DNA from: Lingula anatina
Lineage: Eukaryota > Animalia > Brachiopoda
NCBI GenBank assembly: GCA_051362555.1
Contig: CM120641.1
Coordinates: 6,076,001 to 6,140,000 of the forward strand
Direction: 5' to 3'
Length of the DNA: 64,000 nucleotides
This document shows, piece by piece, positions 1-14,900 of this stretch. Positions within the stretch are counted from its first letter, which is position 1; every line of letters begins with the position of its first letter. The notes under the pieces are model-generated. The model was not told the origin of the DNA. It saw only the letters and a list, made by a program, of their open reading frames with translations, and made no database searches. The translations under genes were made by a program, and so were the position numbers.

Positions 1-3000
1 TCAAACCATCTGCTGATACACTTTGAATAATGCGTTTCTCATTTTCCTTCTGACTAAGATGCCCCCCAGTGGTTGCTATGACAATCTCTTCTCCTGGTTG
101 CCAAGTTACAGGTTGTTTGAGGGTCAGTGTATTGGTATTAGCTCCAGCTGTCTGAGCCAGCAATGTCCATGTTACGGGTATATACTGACCTGGTAAAGAT
201 AAGTGAACACCATAACAATTTTAATGCAGTGAGGTACCTAACCCCCAACTATACCTTATGCAATAACTAAAACTTATTAAGTGAAAAACTGGGATTTTCA
301 AAAAATGTGTGCATGTGTGTGTTAATCACCTGCATGATGGCTGCATCTCTTTGCTCTAATCCTCAGCAATGTTCATATTTTAAAATGGATAAGTTTCACA
401 AAGTTTTCTTGGAGAAATGAACTGTAAAAATGACTTTTACTCCCCAACTTACCATGCAAGTCCAGGGTTCCATTCCTCACTGCAATCATCTTGGCACCAT
501 ATATGGGTAACTCTGTGGTCTTCACATGTCCATGGAGCTCAATTACTGCTTTGTGTTGGAATGGAGCATCTGCAGTGCCCACCTGAAACGGGTATCCCAC
601 TGCTGATTACAAAATGTCCTACTATTAATACCAAACAAGAGACCAAAAAATTGAACTGAATTTTCTTAAAAGAACAGCATTGTACATGGCAGCATAAAGC
701 CTCAATATAAGGGTGTGGTGACAAATTATGTCCATTTATTATTTCAAAAGGTTATAAGTGCCTTTTAATGGTTTTGAACGTCCACATAGAAGTACTGTGA
801 AATGTATGATATTCTTTTAAACAAAACAAAATACTTACTTGGAGTGCACCACCATCTGCGATAAAAATGTACTCTGAATGTAGCTCTACATCAACCTCAT
901 CAAATACCAGCTTGCCACCTAAAAAGTGTAAATATTACTAATTAGAAACAACCTTTCTTCTGGTGAAGCCTTTTTGTAGATGATGGGCATCATACCTGAA
1001 ACTAAAATCACACCTTTTCTGCCTCTGTTATGTGTATCACTAATCATTTAAAAAGGTTCATTATTTACGAACATTTTCTTCTGACACTTAACATGTACTT
1101 AAATTACCTCTGATGAGTAAAAATCTCAGTACAGGGGTGCTGACATCTAGGTAAATTGTTTGTCCCTCTTGAATGACCACATAGTCTCCAGCAACAGGAG
1201 GGCTGTCCCCGCCCCAGGTGTGTCTGGATGACCACACATCTACATAGAAATAGTCTGCATTGTCCTGGATTAACAAAAAAACACAGGTAAAAAACTTTTA
1301 CATTTTAAATGAATTTTAATTATTTTAATGACTTTTCATACATGTTAAAACATTTTGGAATGCCATACGTTGATGATAATGGAAAAAGACAAAGAAACTG
1401 GTAAACTATACTCGGCATAAGAACTGTTACTGATTTTGAAAAACTGCCTTGATGATAATGGAAAAAGACAAAGAAACTGGTTAACTATACTCGGCATAAG
1501 AACTGTTACTGATTTTGAAAAACTTCAATTTTAAAACAAAAGCCATAAAAATATTTAAAACTTTTTAAGTGAGGGCATCACTGACTGACTTGGAAAAGAT
1601 ATGAACATATATCACTGGAAACTACTAGGAATAATCAACTTATGGGTACTAAAAATGACTCCCCCTTGTCAATTAAAAAGCAGCTCTGTTTACCTGGGTA
1701 GCAATTCCTTTATCATCTACCTCCACACGCACTTTAGTTCTAATGGTTCTTGTGTGAGATCTGGTTCTGCAGACAATAGTTGTACTGGATGCAGACTGCA
1801 CATCACATGTGGTGCCATCTATACTCACTACATTACTGGTTCTGAAAATAAATACAATATACACACACTTTAGTTCTAATGGTTCTTGTGTGAGATCTGG
1901 TTCTGCAGACAATAGTTGTACTGGATGCAGACTGCACATCACATATGGTGCCATCTATACTCACAACATTACTGGTTCTGAAAATAAAAACAATATACCA
2001 CCTTGCATGAATATACTGACCTATCAATACCTTTTGGTATAATATCAACAATTTTATTGATACCAAGTACTTACTTCTATTCTAACTACCATACTATATT
2101 TACACAATCTGCCCAATAAGAATTGAAATATAAAATCAAGCTATTTGTATCAAAATTGTAACATATACTTTAGATTCACTTTACATTTCACATATCTTTG
2201 TGACTGACATAACATTTCAGTCTTTTTAAACATTCAGATTAACAGCAAACAAAAGCCATACTTTTACCCAAATAGGACAAGGACCGCAAAAGGACAACTT
2301 TTTAAAAGAATTCATCTCAATGAAATGTCATACCCAAAGTTAGTTCCAGTAATGGTGAGCAATGTTCCTCCTCCTGTCCCGCCTCTGGCTGGGCTGACAG
2401 AAGTAATTGTTGGAGTCAGGGCTGCCTTGTATGCATACTGGGTTGATGCCGTCTCTTGGGCATTGTTTACAGCTACTTCAATAGGGCACTGTTCTGTACT
2501 GCCACTTGTAGGACCTGAATATAGTAAAAATAATAATAATTTACTTTTGTCTTTTCTTTTCATAAAAAAATATTCAATTATTGTAGATAGGCATTTGACT
2601 TTTTTATTCTTCTTAATCATTTCCTAATATTATACATACAAAAATACATGAAAATTAGTTTTGTTTACCTAAATTTTATTTAAGATGTGATTATCTTTTA
2701 AAATTGAAAAATACAACATAACAAATAAATATGTGGCAATTTAAGAAGAGAAACAATGCTAGACATGGGTGGAATAAAGATTTTAAAAATAGAAATTAAA
2801 TAGAGGGAATAGGAAGGGTTATGGTGGAAAAGAAATGCCACTAAAATTTATTTAAAACACATTTGTTAAGGTAAGGGCTGCAATCCTTTACTAACCAAAA
2901 ATACATTACTTTGTTTTTCATTATGTATATATGTATTCCATCACCAGTATAACACACTTACTTTGCTGAGAGGGTGGTACTTCACAACTGATATACGTAG

Positions 3001-6000
3001 AATTGACAAACCGTACAACACATGGGCGTCCACACACATTTACATCAGTAACAATGGTGGAGAAACCCACACCCTCTAATGTCAGTAACTGGCCACCGCC
3101 ATAGCTTCCTGCAAATACATTAGGCATTTTAAAAACATACTAAAAACAAACGTAAGCTTATCTTGGGTATTAAAAACTGAACTTTCTAAATACTATTTTC
3201 ACACTTAAGTTCTGCAGCTTTAAAGCTCAAACTGAAGACCACTTGCATTTTCATCTCCCCAACCCAATTCAGCATATGTACCTTCAACAGGTGCCACACT
3301 GCTCACACTTAGAGTATAGTTAAAGTAGACATCAGATACGGCTCTTCCTTTGCTTTGTATGGCTACTTCCACAGCAAAGTGACCAGCAGCATGGTCACCC
3401 AGTATACAGGTGATAGCTGTGGCCGAGGCAGTTTGTACTACACAATATGCATTGTCAATCTTCACCATTTCTACTCCTGGGTCAAAACCTGGGAAAGACA
3501 AAACATGTTATCTTAAGAAGCAACTTGTTTTTACCATATAAAAAATACAAGCATTTAATTGTTATCAGATATCAATATGTATTGTATGACTCCTGGCAGT
3601 TTATGTTCATTGACAAATGTTTCATTGATACACAATTCATAAAAAAATTAATTTCAGTTAAAACAACAAATGTTTTTCGCTATTATCCACCATTCAATTT
3701 TGTATAAATTTCTCATAAACAAAGAAGAAATGTAATATTTTAACCTGTTCCAGCTATGTTCACAGTGTCTCCAGTCATGCCAGACATAGGGTTAATACTT
3801 GACACAATGGGTGTGGCAGCAGTGGAATAGCTGTAACTTCCTGTGGGATACTGAACTCCATTGGACACTACAGCGACGTCCACCGCACCCACTGCATGTG
3901 CCTCTGTGGTACATAGGATAGTGGAAAGATTGACAGCCAGGATGTGGCACTGCACTCCGCCCACTGTGACAGTTGTCATGCCTTCCACAAATCCAGCTCC
4001 AAATATGGTGAGGGTGGTCCCACCTTGAGTGCTGCCCTGATTTGGGGTGACACTTTGAAGCAAGGGCACACTCTCTAAACTTACTACAGCTGTAGACTGA
4101 GGGTATCCCATTGGAGAGATGTACACCACTAATGGCTGATTCCCAACAGGGGCGTATCCAAGGGTGCAGTTGATTTCAGTATCGGAAATGGTATCAATCA
4201 CACAAGTGACGCCACCTACAGTTATGTCAACAGCAGCAGTATTGGTTCCAAATTTGGATCCTTTCAAGGAAACCTGTGTTCCTGACCCCTGAAGAGTGAC
4301 TGGTGAGACAGATGTAAGAGTTGGTGTTTGCTGATCAGAGTATTCAAATATGCAGTCATCTGTAGGGCAGACTGAAGTTATGCGGCCACTGATGGTGACT
4401 GTCACATTCCCAGTAAATGCCATTTGTGGGTCAGTTCTGCAGATGATGCTAGTGTAATTGGCACTTACAACTGGACACTCAGTATTTCCAACTCTGACCA
4501 CTTTGTCGCCAAGATCTCCTAGAACAGTATTCATCAACCTTTAAGAGTGTTTTTTAAGGGAATAATATTGTTTCTTGTGGAAATAACAACATGGAAATTG
4601 CATTAATGGTAACTAGAGCATAAAGCTGCTAATTCTTTGCCATATTACAATTACATTTAGTACTTTGGTATCTAATACCGCCCGTCATAATATTACAATA
4701 TCACTGGGACAGAAGACGTACAAAAACTGATTCAAATAAAGACACCAACAATATGAAAATATGAAAAGCATTTGCATTATTTAAAACAATGATGGTCCTT
4801 GCTCCTCATTTCTCATTTGTTGCTGTTACATGTCTTACCTGAGAACCCATCTCCTGTAAGAGTGAGAAGTGTCCCTCCAGCCACAGACCCTGAGGCAGGC
4901 TGGACGTTGTCCAATCTGGGTATCATTATAAAGCCACGCTGTAGCTGTCCATTAGGTGAGACCAGGGCAAGACCCCTGTTTGTAACATTCAGAGTCAGGT
5001 ACTTCAGTTCTCCTGCTGGAAAATCACTCTCAGTCATCAAACTGCACACTATTCTTGTATTATTCACGGATGTTATACTACAAGTGTGGTCCCCTATTAA
5101 CACCACATTTTCACACACGATGTCACTGAATCCAGAACCTTCTAAGACAACATCCACCTCAGGGGTTCCTTTGTTTGGCATCATAGAGGTGATGACAGCT
5201 GCACTACACAGTGAGAAGGCAAATTCAAAATGACTGCTGTCATTTGTACTTGGTGTATCTTCAAGGCAACCTGTTGACAGCTGGGTTATGTTATTGGTAC
5301 AACCACTGTCGCAGCCATCTGATACTGAAACACCTAGAAAAAAGAGGAAAATACATAAAATATAAAACGTTAAGCACATGCAAACTGAACATGTCAACAA
5401 GCATGTCTTGAAACAGATACCAGTCTTAACAATTCTATACAAACTACTTTTCAGATTACTAATTTCATACAACTTCAGTTAAATCATCTGAGTACAGAAC
5501 ACAGATCCTCAAAACTATGATATTTTACCCCAATTTTAAATACAGACTTCAGGATCATCTCTGCAACATCTATTATAAATACCTGAATTGACATTGTATT
5601 TCGCTTCAATGTCTCCAACCTTGGCTGCCATCAGGGCGGCCTGCGATCTTCTCTTTTCAACATGAATGGTTCCTCTCAACTCCATCAGTCCACGTGTGTC
5701 TACAGTGCCACTCCAGTAATACACTGTGCCTACTTGTCCAAAACGGAACTCGAATGCACCTGGTATTGAAATATGTTAAATAAAAAATCAAAATCTGTAA
5801 CAAAAAATGAGATTAAATAAAATAATGTTAATTATTAAATTTTATTAAATTTGACCCAACAGGGATTTTACAGCTAGCCTAGTAATGTGAAAGTCACTAA
5901 TTATCTTAATTTTTGCACCTGATGGTACTGGTGACCCACTCCTGAAACCTTTCCCGTCATACGAGTCTGCCACAGCACTAGCTGTCTGCTCAATCTTGAA

Positions 6001-8837
6001 GGCAAACCCAGAGGATGGCTCAGAGTTCCACTCCCAGCGGACTACATCACCAACCTGGACTGTGAAAACTGATGGGGACCAGGCAAATTTATTATTCACC
6101 ACTGAAATACAAATTAAATTGCCTTTTACTACAAGTAGAAAATGATTAATAGATGTTTAATTATATATCAAACTGTTCCAATTTCAAACTTTCAAAGACA
6201 ATTTGAATTTACACAAATGAAATCCAAAGCTAGGAGATAAGTGATTACATGTAGTACTATAAACATTTACTATCAAAAGTTCTTTATAGAAATAACAATA
6301 TAAAACAACAGTTCAGAATTAAAACAAGTCAGAAAGAATAAAAGAAATGGTAACATGTACATACTCTTATATTTAAAATAGGACGGTGGTTGCCAATAAC
6401 TTCAATTCATCATATGTTTGACAAATATGAGCACATCATTTTAACTTTTATCGGAAATAATGGTGACAAACCTGTGTTTTTGACGACATGTTTGGTGGCA
6501 CTGTCACGAGTTACACAGCATATCTTAGTTTGGTTGACAGCAGTAATATCACAGGAAACATTTCCAAATGTAATATTTGTGTCTGCAGTAAAGCCATCCC
6601 CAACAATGACCACATTTGTGCCTCCGTACACAGACCCTTGCGTAGGGTACACAGAATCCACTTCAAAATTACAGGTGAAATTCCCTATGTTGTTTCTTCT
6701 GGAAATGTGGGAAAGTTACATGTGTTAAAAAAAGGCACTTCTGGCAAATTTTAGGAAGATGGTGATTTGTTTGCATCTAACCAATATGTCAAACCTGACT
6801 GTAAATTCTAAAGATAACAAAGATTCCCTGCTGTCACCCTAATATCTAACGGCTTTCTTTACATAGTTTAAAAATAAATTATGTTAAAAGACATGGCTAT
6901 GTGTAATTTACATTGGGTTTTTCTCTTCCGTAACATTTAACACTAAGGCCTTTGCAACACTACATATTTGATGTAAAAGAAAAAAGAAAATTCAACTGGA
7001 CTAATGTCTGTTGGAAAAAAAGAGGCAGCCAAGAGAAGTTATGGAAGGCATTGCGTTTTGTGCTCTGTTCCAGACTTAAAGTGTCTCATATCACACTCAT
7101 ACCTTAAGTCAGCACATCCGTTTGGAGCCACTTCTACAACAAATTCATGTACTCCAGGTGAAACAGGGGGCAGTCTGACAATTATCTGTGTGTCATTGTA
7201 GCTCATTATTTTGGTGGTGAAATGTCCAACCCTCACTGCATTCGAACTGCTGGGTGAACTGCCAAAGCCAGTCCCAAGAATTGTGAGATTTCCTCCACCT
7301 GTTTAGAAACACTGGTTACTGTACATGTATTTAATTGCACATGCCATTATAGTAGAAATTAAATTTCAAGAATGGGTAATAAAACATAGCCATGAAATGA
7401 TTATCTATGAAAAAAACCCAAAGGACCCTACTGTGCAACTGTTTGTCCTGTCATTTTATTATTTTTTAAATAAATCCTTTGCCTTATTTTTTTGCATATT
7501 AAATCACATCAAAAATAAATTCATTGTTATTGAAGTATATGGTTTACATTTCCCTAAAAGTATTGAATTCACCTTGTACACATGAGGTTGTAGTTGTAAT
7601 GGTCACACTGGATATTTCCGGAGTGAGTTCATTGACATATGTGAAGTTAGTTGGACTTGAGATGGTTCCTGCTGCCTGGGAAACAGTAAGCTGAACTGCC
7701 CCTGGGGATGACTGAGGATCAAGAACAATCTGATAATTGCATTCATTTGTATTAAAGTTGAAATATATATATTAAAATGCTGACCTTTAATCAAATATAA
7801 ACAATGTCAAAGAAAACTTCAACACAAGAAATCACCAAAAAATCACCAAAAACTTCCACTCAGGTATTGACACTGAGGGATGCTGGTAAAGGCAATGCTA
7901 GTTTAGACTTACTCTGTATTTGTAAATAATATAAAATTGGGGAACAACTTCCAAAACAAAAATCTCAGTGAATTTCCAATATTGGAATATCAAAATCATG
8001 GTTCTTTTTTGGCATTTCTATCAAAGAATGACACTTTCTAGATTCCATTACAACCAAACATGCAGGTACTAATATTATCATATTTCATTTTAACCAGTTC
8101 TTACCATTGCAGGTGTCCTACATGTAATATGGGAATAATTCTGAGACTGTATTGAACATGGTTCTCCAGCCATTTCTACTGTGCCTGATGCAAAGCCTGT
8201 ACCTCTCACAGTTATCAATGTACAGCCTATAAATGTAGCAATGTATAAAAGTTATACACCTATTCAATAACACAATTTTGTATTTAAAATATAGCAAGTC
8301 TACAGATGCTTGTACCTTATTTGGATCTTTGCACAATAAGAAATGTGCATCCAGTCAAAAATTAATAATTAAATAGAATAAATAAAAAACATGCAAATAT
8401 ATGTTACTGTGGTTTGGTGTTTTATCTTGTAAATTTTCAACAACAGAGTACATTTTTATGAGCTTCTCTGCTTCTTCTTCTTTTAAGCCAAATATCTAAG
8501 ATGTGACTGGACAAGTGCAATTAACTATTTTTGATTTAAACAACAACAGGAAAAAATGTTTTCCTCTCACCTCCAAGACTGCCATTGACTGGAGATATAT
8601 CAAATATGAGAAAGTCATAGGTGAAGTTGAATATGCCCCCTACATGCTGTGCCAATCCTATAGGATCAAAATAACTATAGAATTTCAGACTTAAAGATAA
8701 TGATATCATTAGGGAAGAACCAACATGGTTACAATAATATTTAACATATTGACTTTCATGTGCATTCACATACTGCTATGGCAAAATAAAAAAATAAAGT
8801 TATTGTCAGATTTAAGGCATGAACACCTCTTATTGTT

Positions 8838-8924
<87 letters not shown>

Positions 8925-11900
8925 ATGACGGATAATGGCAGAAGTAGTCTCACCTTTGCTGAGAACATTTACATCCACGGTGTGAGTTCCCACTGGACCA
9001 TCTCCAATGTTACACTGCAACTGTGTGGCTGTGGCACTTGTTACAACACACGGTTCTCCTCCTATTGTCACCAGGTTGTCTGCAGGAGTGGTACCAAACC
9101 CTGTACCCTGCACAGTCAGAACAGTGCTAGACAGACTGGAGCCTGCACAGAAAGATTACAGTTGATGATTTTTAAAATATATATTAAACTGACACAATTC
9201 AATATAGATAATTATATGAAGAATTCAATTTAAAAAAACTTAATATTTTGCTTTTCAAAATCAGTTACACTATAGGAATTTCGAAAAAATTAAGTGTACA
9301 ATCTTATCAGATATCTATAAGGTATTAAACATAATTTTCTTTGCTGTTCTATAAAACATATCAAACAAGAAAAATACTGGTGATTGGGCAAAGCAATATG
9401 ACTGCACACAAAAGGTACAAGAGACAGTTCAATGGCCGTAAATAGTATTCCTACCTGATACTGGTGTTACTGAGGAGACAGTGGGAGTCATTGCAGACTG
9501 CCATTGAAAGTCACAGTTGCCTGAGCATTTTGCAGGAACATTGTTAATCTCCACAGTCAACTGTGGTATGGTATGGTAAGTTCTCAACATGTCTCCAGGT
9601 ATGCCATACTTATAAAAGGTATGACCGTTTTCCTCATTTATAGTGAGTCCTCGTTCAGCTGGTCCTGTTAACTGATTGTCATTAATCTGAAACGTATGTA
9701 AATATTCTGCCATTAAAATCAATTGTAAACGTTGGATCCAAGTCAGAATGACAAAAAGACTGCACAATTAATCAATCACTGTGCCCCCCCCCCCCCCAGC
9801 CCATCAAACTGGAAAGTGCCCCCAACCACTCACTTATGACATAGGCTGCTTTCACAACAGCAGGCTGATAGATCTGCAATCAAATGTGGCAACCCACTTA
9901 AAAGCTTGCTGCATAATCCCTAATAGACACTGAATAGATTCCTCCCTGGGAGTACGCAACAAGCATTTAAGTGGGTCGGCTTTATTTGATCCGCAGATCC
10001 TATTGTCCTCTGTTGTGAATGTGACCTTATATAAAGAAGGTGTGCTTCAGCTCACCTGAAGCAATGGGATATTTCCTGCTGTTTTCCAGTTGATATTCCA
10101 AACATAATTATGACAGTAACCAAGTCTCTCCACCTCCACTTCTCCTATGCCCTCTAATGTCTGCAAGCTTTTCTCCAGTGCATAAGCAGTGGCATTTATG
10201 GGGGCTGTAATTAAACATATTTTTCATTAATACATCTTATTAAACTGCTAATATATGCAACTACATCACATACAAATGCCAATTAATGTTTGATGCTCTT
10301 TTCTTTGCATTTTATCCACATGTTATTGCCTTAATTTTTTTTTCATGATTTCAGATTATAATATTACATACAGCTTCATTTAATCCTCAAAATGCAAAGA
10401 TTCAAAAAGTTTTTGAGATCTGTCAGCCCTAATATTTCGCACGGTATTTATTCATCTTTCTTTTTTTAAGTTATTAAAATCTCACAAACCTGAAATGTTT
10501 CCATTTCCAAATGTCACAATAAAGTCTCCTTTCACAGGAAGTGAAGCTGCCCAAACTCTATTGACATGAACCTTGTTACCATTGGAGGCCCGTAACACCA
10601 CATTATTACTGTCTAGACTGCCAGAATTGACCTAAATAAGTAAGTTTAGATTTGTACAGAATATATATATAACTGACTAAAGCTGAAAAACTTGAGGCCT
10701 GAATCAAGCACAGTTTAAATTGTTCCAATCTCACCATTACCTATCAAATTCATTGTGCCATCTGAATAGTATCCTTAAATCAGTTATGTAGAAGATTTTG
10801 TAATGTCTTTCAACCTTTCCAAGCTGTTTTAATTCTCTGCATATGTTCAGATAAAATGTGATGGATCATTATACAAAAAAAAAAAAAAAAAAAAAAAAAA
10901 AATGACTGTTCATCATTACTCACTGATGTCTGAAGTACATTGAGCAGTGGAAAGTCACTTTCACAGTTCCAGGGTTTCATTGTTATGTTGTATACTCCAC
11001 CATTTTTGGTGACTTCTATATAGTCCATTATAAACCTATCAGAGCGAGGAGGCAAATATCTCCAGTTGTCAAATTCTGGAAAAAAATACATTCAGCCATC
11101 TTGTACTATTTCAAGGTTAACATGCAGCCACATGCGAGTCTTATTTTGCACAAAATTTTCTTAGAATTTAATCCATCCCACTGTACTTAAAAGGTTGAGA
11201 TTAACAAAATATATTTTCCTATAGTACGGTATGTTTATTAATCTACTTTTATCAAAAAATTTAAAAGATTGAGATTAACAGTATGTTTAGTAATCTACTT
11301 TTGTCATAGGCATACTCCCTTATGACTTCCTGTACTTTTTTGTAACTGCAAGTATCTTGTATATCACCATCAACAGTCTTACCTTCAACATCATTTGGTT
11401 TTGAATTAACAAGCATAATGTCATCATAGTACAGATCTACAGTGCTGGATGCAGGGATAATAGAAATGTGTCTGATCTGGATGTATTTATCCAAAGACGT
11501 CCTTTTGTTTAAAATTGGCATCAACTCTATACAATCATACTGCCAGCTGAAAATCAAACATAAGAAATGAGAAACATAGATCCAATATTCTGAAAATTCA
11601 GAATGCAATTCAAACCAAACTTAACAACATGCTGGGTCCTTTTTCATATATATCTAGAAGATAATTTTAGCACTTTCCTGCTTGTTTATGTTCAGCTTTA
11701 CATATAATTACATATACAAGTACTTAAAATACATTTATTTATAAATGCACATTAATGCTATGTCACATTAACAATGCACATGCATATCATTATAAATTAA
11801 TATTATTTTTTGACACAATTGAAGGCACATTCTTTATTACAACAAAATTGTTGATGTACTTTTTTGTTTGTTTTTGAAGATATATACAAGTTTTCTCTTA

Positions 11901-14900
11901 CCTATCTGTCCATGTGATGCTGGGGACAGGTCCATCAACATACCATATCCGTCTCCTCCCTCTAGCTATGTGATCAAAATCAATGCGAATGAGTGGTGCA
12001 GCAGACAAACGTCCTTTATGTGCAAAACAAAACTGAAAATAAGTTAAGAGCAGAAGGTTAACACAATGGGTTTGATATATAAATCAAAGAATGACACAAT
12101 TTGATAAATCTTTTTTTGAACATAATGCCTCTAATTGACCCTCATTTCTTTTCTTTAAATTAGAATTTCTACTCCACAGTTTAAAATCCTAAGGAATATA
12201 CATTTATCCTCAAGATTTATTCTGTAAGACCTGCAAAAAGAAGCTTACATGGATGTTGGCTGAAGTGATTCTGATTGATTTATGGCGTATGAAATAATTA
12301 GGGTTGTGCACACAGCCTAATCCACAGTATGGTGTCACATGTCTGACAACAGTTCCCCAGACATTCTGCATATTTGTCTCAGCTTCAAAATCTTGGTGAA
12401 ACAAAGTTGAGCCTGGTGTGGTGATGGCATCAGCACAACGCACTTTGAATAGGTCTCGGAGAGCTGCTTTTACCTGAATGTATAAAAAAGGGATTATTTG
12501 CCCAAATTCTTCATTTTTCAGATGTTGGATTAAAAGCAACTGTTGTTATACAGATGTGACTAGTTATACACATATAATCAGTAGCTATGATAAAGCAGCT
12601 GCTATTCATTCAAATAACTACCATGTTTAATCAATAAGCACTGTCAGTATGAGATTTCAAGCAAATTTTGTGTGAAGTTGCCACATAATTTTTTTAATAT
12701 ATGTATGACAATACTACATGTATATAATGATAGGTAATTTTTTTTCAAGCCCACCAAGTATTTAAAAAAATACAATCATGTGTGTTTTTGTTTCTAATAC
12801 CAGTATATCCATTTACTCATGGAAATTAAGTATCAATAATAGAAACCTACATCATCTGCTGAGGCATCATCTCTAACAGGAGGAGACACCACACCTTCCA
12901 TTGTGAAATATATCTTGTCCATGGCTGACACCCCTCTGGTAGTTTGTGACACAGTCACACCATAACCCTCCGCATCTAGCAGCTCAACATCACCTGAAAC
13001 AGTTGGAGATTTGCAAACATTAATGTATTATATAAATATTAGAATAGTTAGAGAACTAGATTAGAGAATCACCTTAAAACATGGAGGGTGGGATTCAGAG
13101 TTAAAATGAGCAAAAGGCCAAGGCAAGGGAGTAAATGTCACTGTTACTGAACTTTTTCCAACTGCACAACTACATGGATATAAATGTACAAAAATGTTCA
13201 TTAGTTTACATAAATATTTTATAAGTCACCACACAATTTGCACTAGAATGTCAGTTGTTGATAATATATTTGATGAAGTGTGAAAAAAAAATATAACTTA
13301 AAAGTGTCTGGCATATTCATACATTACCAACTGTATTTTTTATTAATTTTTCAATTTGCAATCTGTCATGGGTAACAAATTACAGAGGTAGCTACTTTTA
13401 TTTCTCACCTATTGGTTATTTTATTATTATGCTTAAACAGTTGTTGAATCCACAAATAACTTTAAAACCTACAAAAAATTTTCACAATCTGTTTTTAAAA
13501 TTATTCTTTAGCAGCAGATATATAATTACAACATTACTTTAAATTGGTTAGTCAATTAATTTGAACATGTAGTACCTATGTCATCCGAGTTGAAGGTAAC
13601 TGTATAATCATTCCCACTCTTGGAAACCCCAACAGAATCTGGCATGATACTGGGCAAGCTATTCAATGCTGCCTTTACTGTAGATCCAGAGGACCCAACA
13701 TCAATCAGTTCTGGAAAAAAACATAAGAATAACAGTCTATTTTGACAAAGGCTGTTGTATGGGAACACAACAAATGGGTAAAGGAAGTTGCAACCTTTAA
13801 GGCAGTTGTCAAAAAAATTGTTTAGACAGGGCTCACAAATACTAGCTTTAGCTTTAAAAAACAATAATTTTTTAAAAGATCACTTAAAAGTTACAGATGA
13901 AGGAAGCGTAGATTCCTGTAACGCAAAAAAAATCACTACTAGTACTATGAGGTTCTTATACACCTCAAATCAAGTCCACAAGCCAAAGAATAAACCAAAC
14001 TTATCTCTCAGTCAGCAAAAAAAAAAAAAAAAAAAAATCTTTGAAAATTCTGCAAATTTTTGGTCTTTTAAGAATTTAAAAATTTAACCTATTTCTCCAT
14101 CCCTCCAGTCTGTAGAAGTCTGCCAAATGAAGTAAGAATGCTTGACATGCAATTGCATAATCATTCAAATAATAGTTGGTGAAAATGACCGAGAGTATGT
14201 ATAGCACACAAAGGAAACAGAGTAAACATAATAATAATAATAATAATGATGAAACAACTTACTAGTTTTGACACCTCTGAATCCAAGTCTAAATGAAGAC
14301 GCTCCACTTCCCACAGTAATAGTTTGTACTTCACGTGTGGGGGTTCTTGAAGCCCAATTCTGTAGCTCTACAGTCTTTTTGTTATATTAAAAAAAAATAG
14401 CTTGGCTGAATCAATATATACTTTAATATACCATTTCAAGACACAAATACTATATAGGTCTCTTTCTACGAAAAGAATATCTCAGCAAGTCATACTAATA
14501 TGTTACAATACCTGCATGTTTAAGTGGAAGTAAAGGATTTACAGGTACTGATCAAATAGGACATTTACAAACTATATATATATCAATGAAATAGGTCATT
14601 CTCCTCTTATAAGCTATCTAATCTTATCTAAAAATTAAAAGTTATATCTACACAGATTAAGAGCATATGGACCAACGATGCATCTATGCCCTTCATCTTA
14701 ACTTCATAACATAGTCATTAGGTGTCCCTCTGATATCTTTTCAAACCATTTCCATAATTGTGAGTGCAGTTAATGTTTATAAATTTTATTTTAAAAAAGT
14801 CTAAAATAATAAATATTGAGGACCCTTACCATACTAAATGTTCCAATATTTCGGAAGTTGTCGGTAAAAAGTATAACTCTTTGTCTTTTTAAAACATTTT

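Noticed and set aside
1370-1998. Tandem repeats as a CRISPR-like array
   Set aside because: Two-copy duplications with no unique spacers, in a eukaryotic intron/exon context with no cas genes.
5583-6101. Cupredoxin-like segment as a copper site
   Set aside because: The motif pattern is present (FTVQVGDVVRWEW...GTVYYWSG) but the type-1 Cu Cys/His ligands are absent, and this domain is already known in fibrocystin-L.
6365-6399. AG/GT-bounded 35-nt candidate micro-exon in PKHD1L1
   Set aside because: Its length is not a multiple of 3, and the flanking exons already join in phase 1.
2325-7201. Plus-strand ORFs such as 2325-2627, 4799-5233 and 6390-6728
   Set aside because: Antisense shadows of PKHD1L1 exons with no independent protein features.
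8841-9233. ORF beginning MRERERERE and the opposite-strand SLSLSL ORFs
   Set aside because: Translations of the (GA)n microsatellite plus the antisense of a PKHD1L1 exon.
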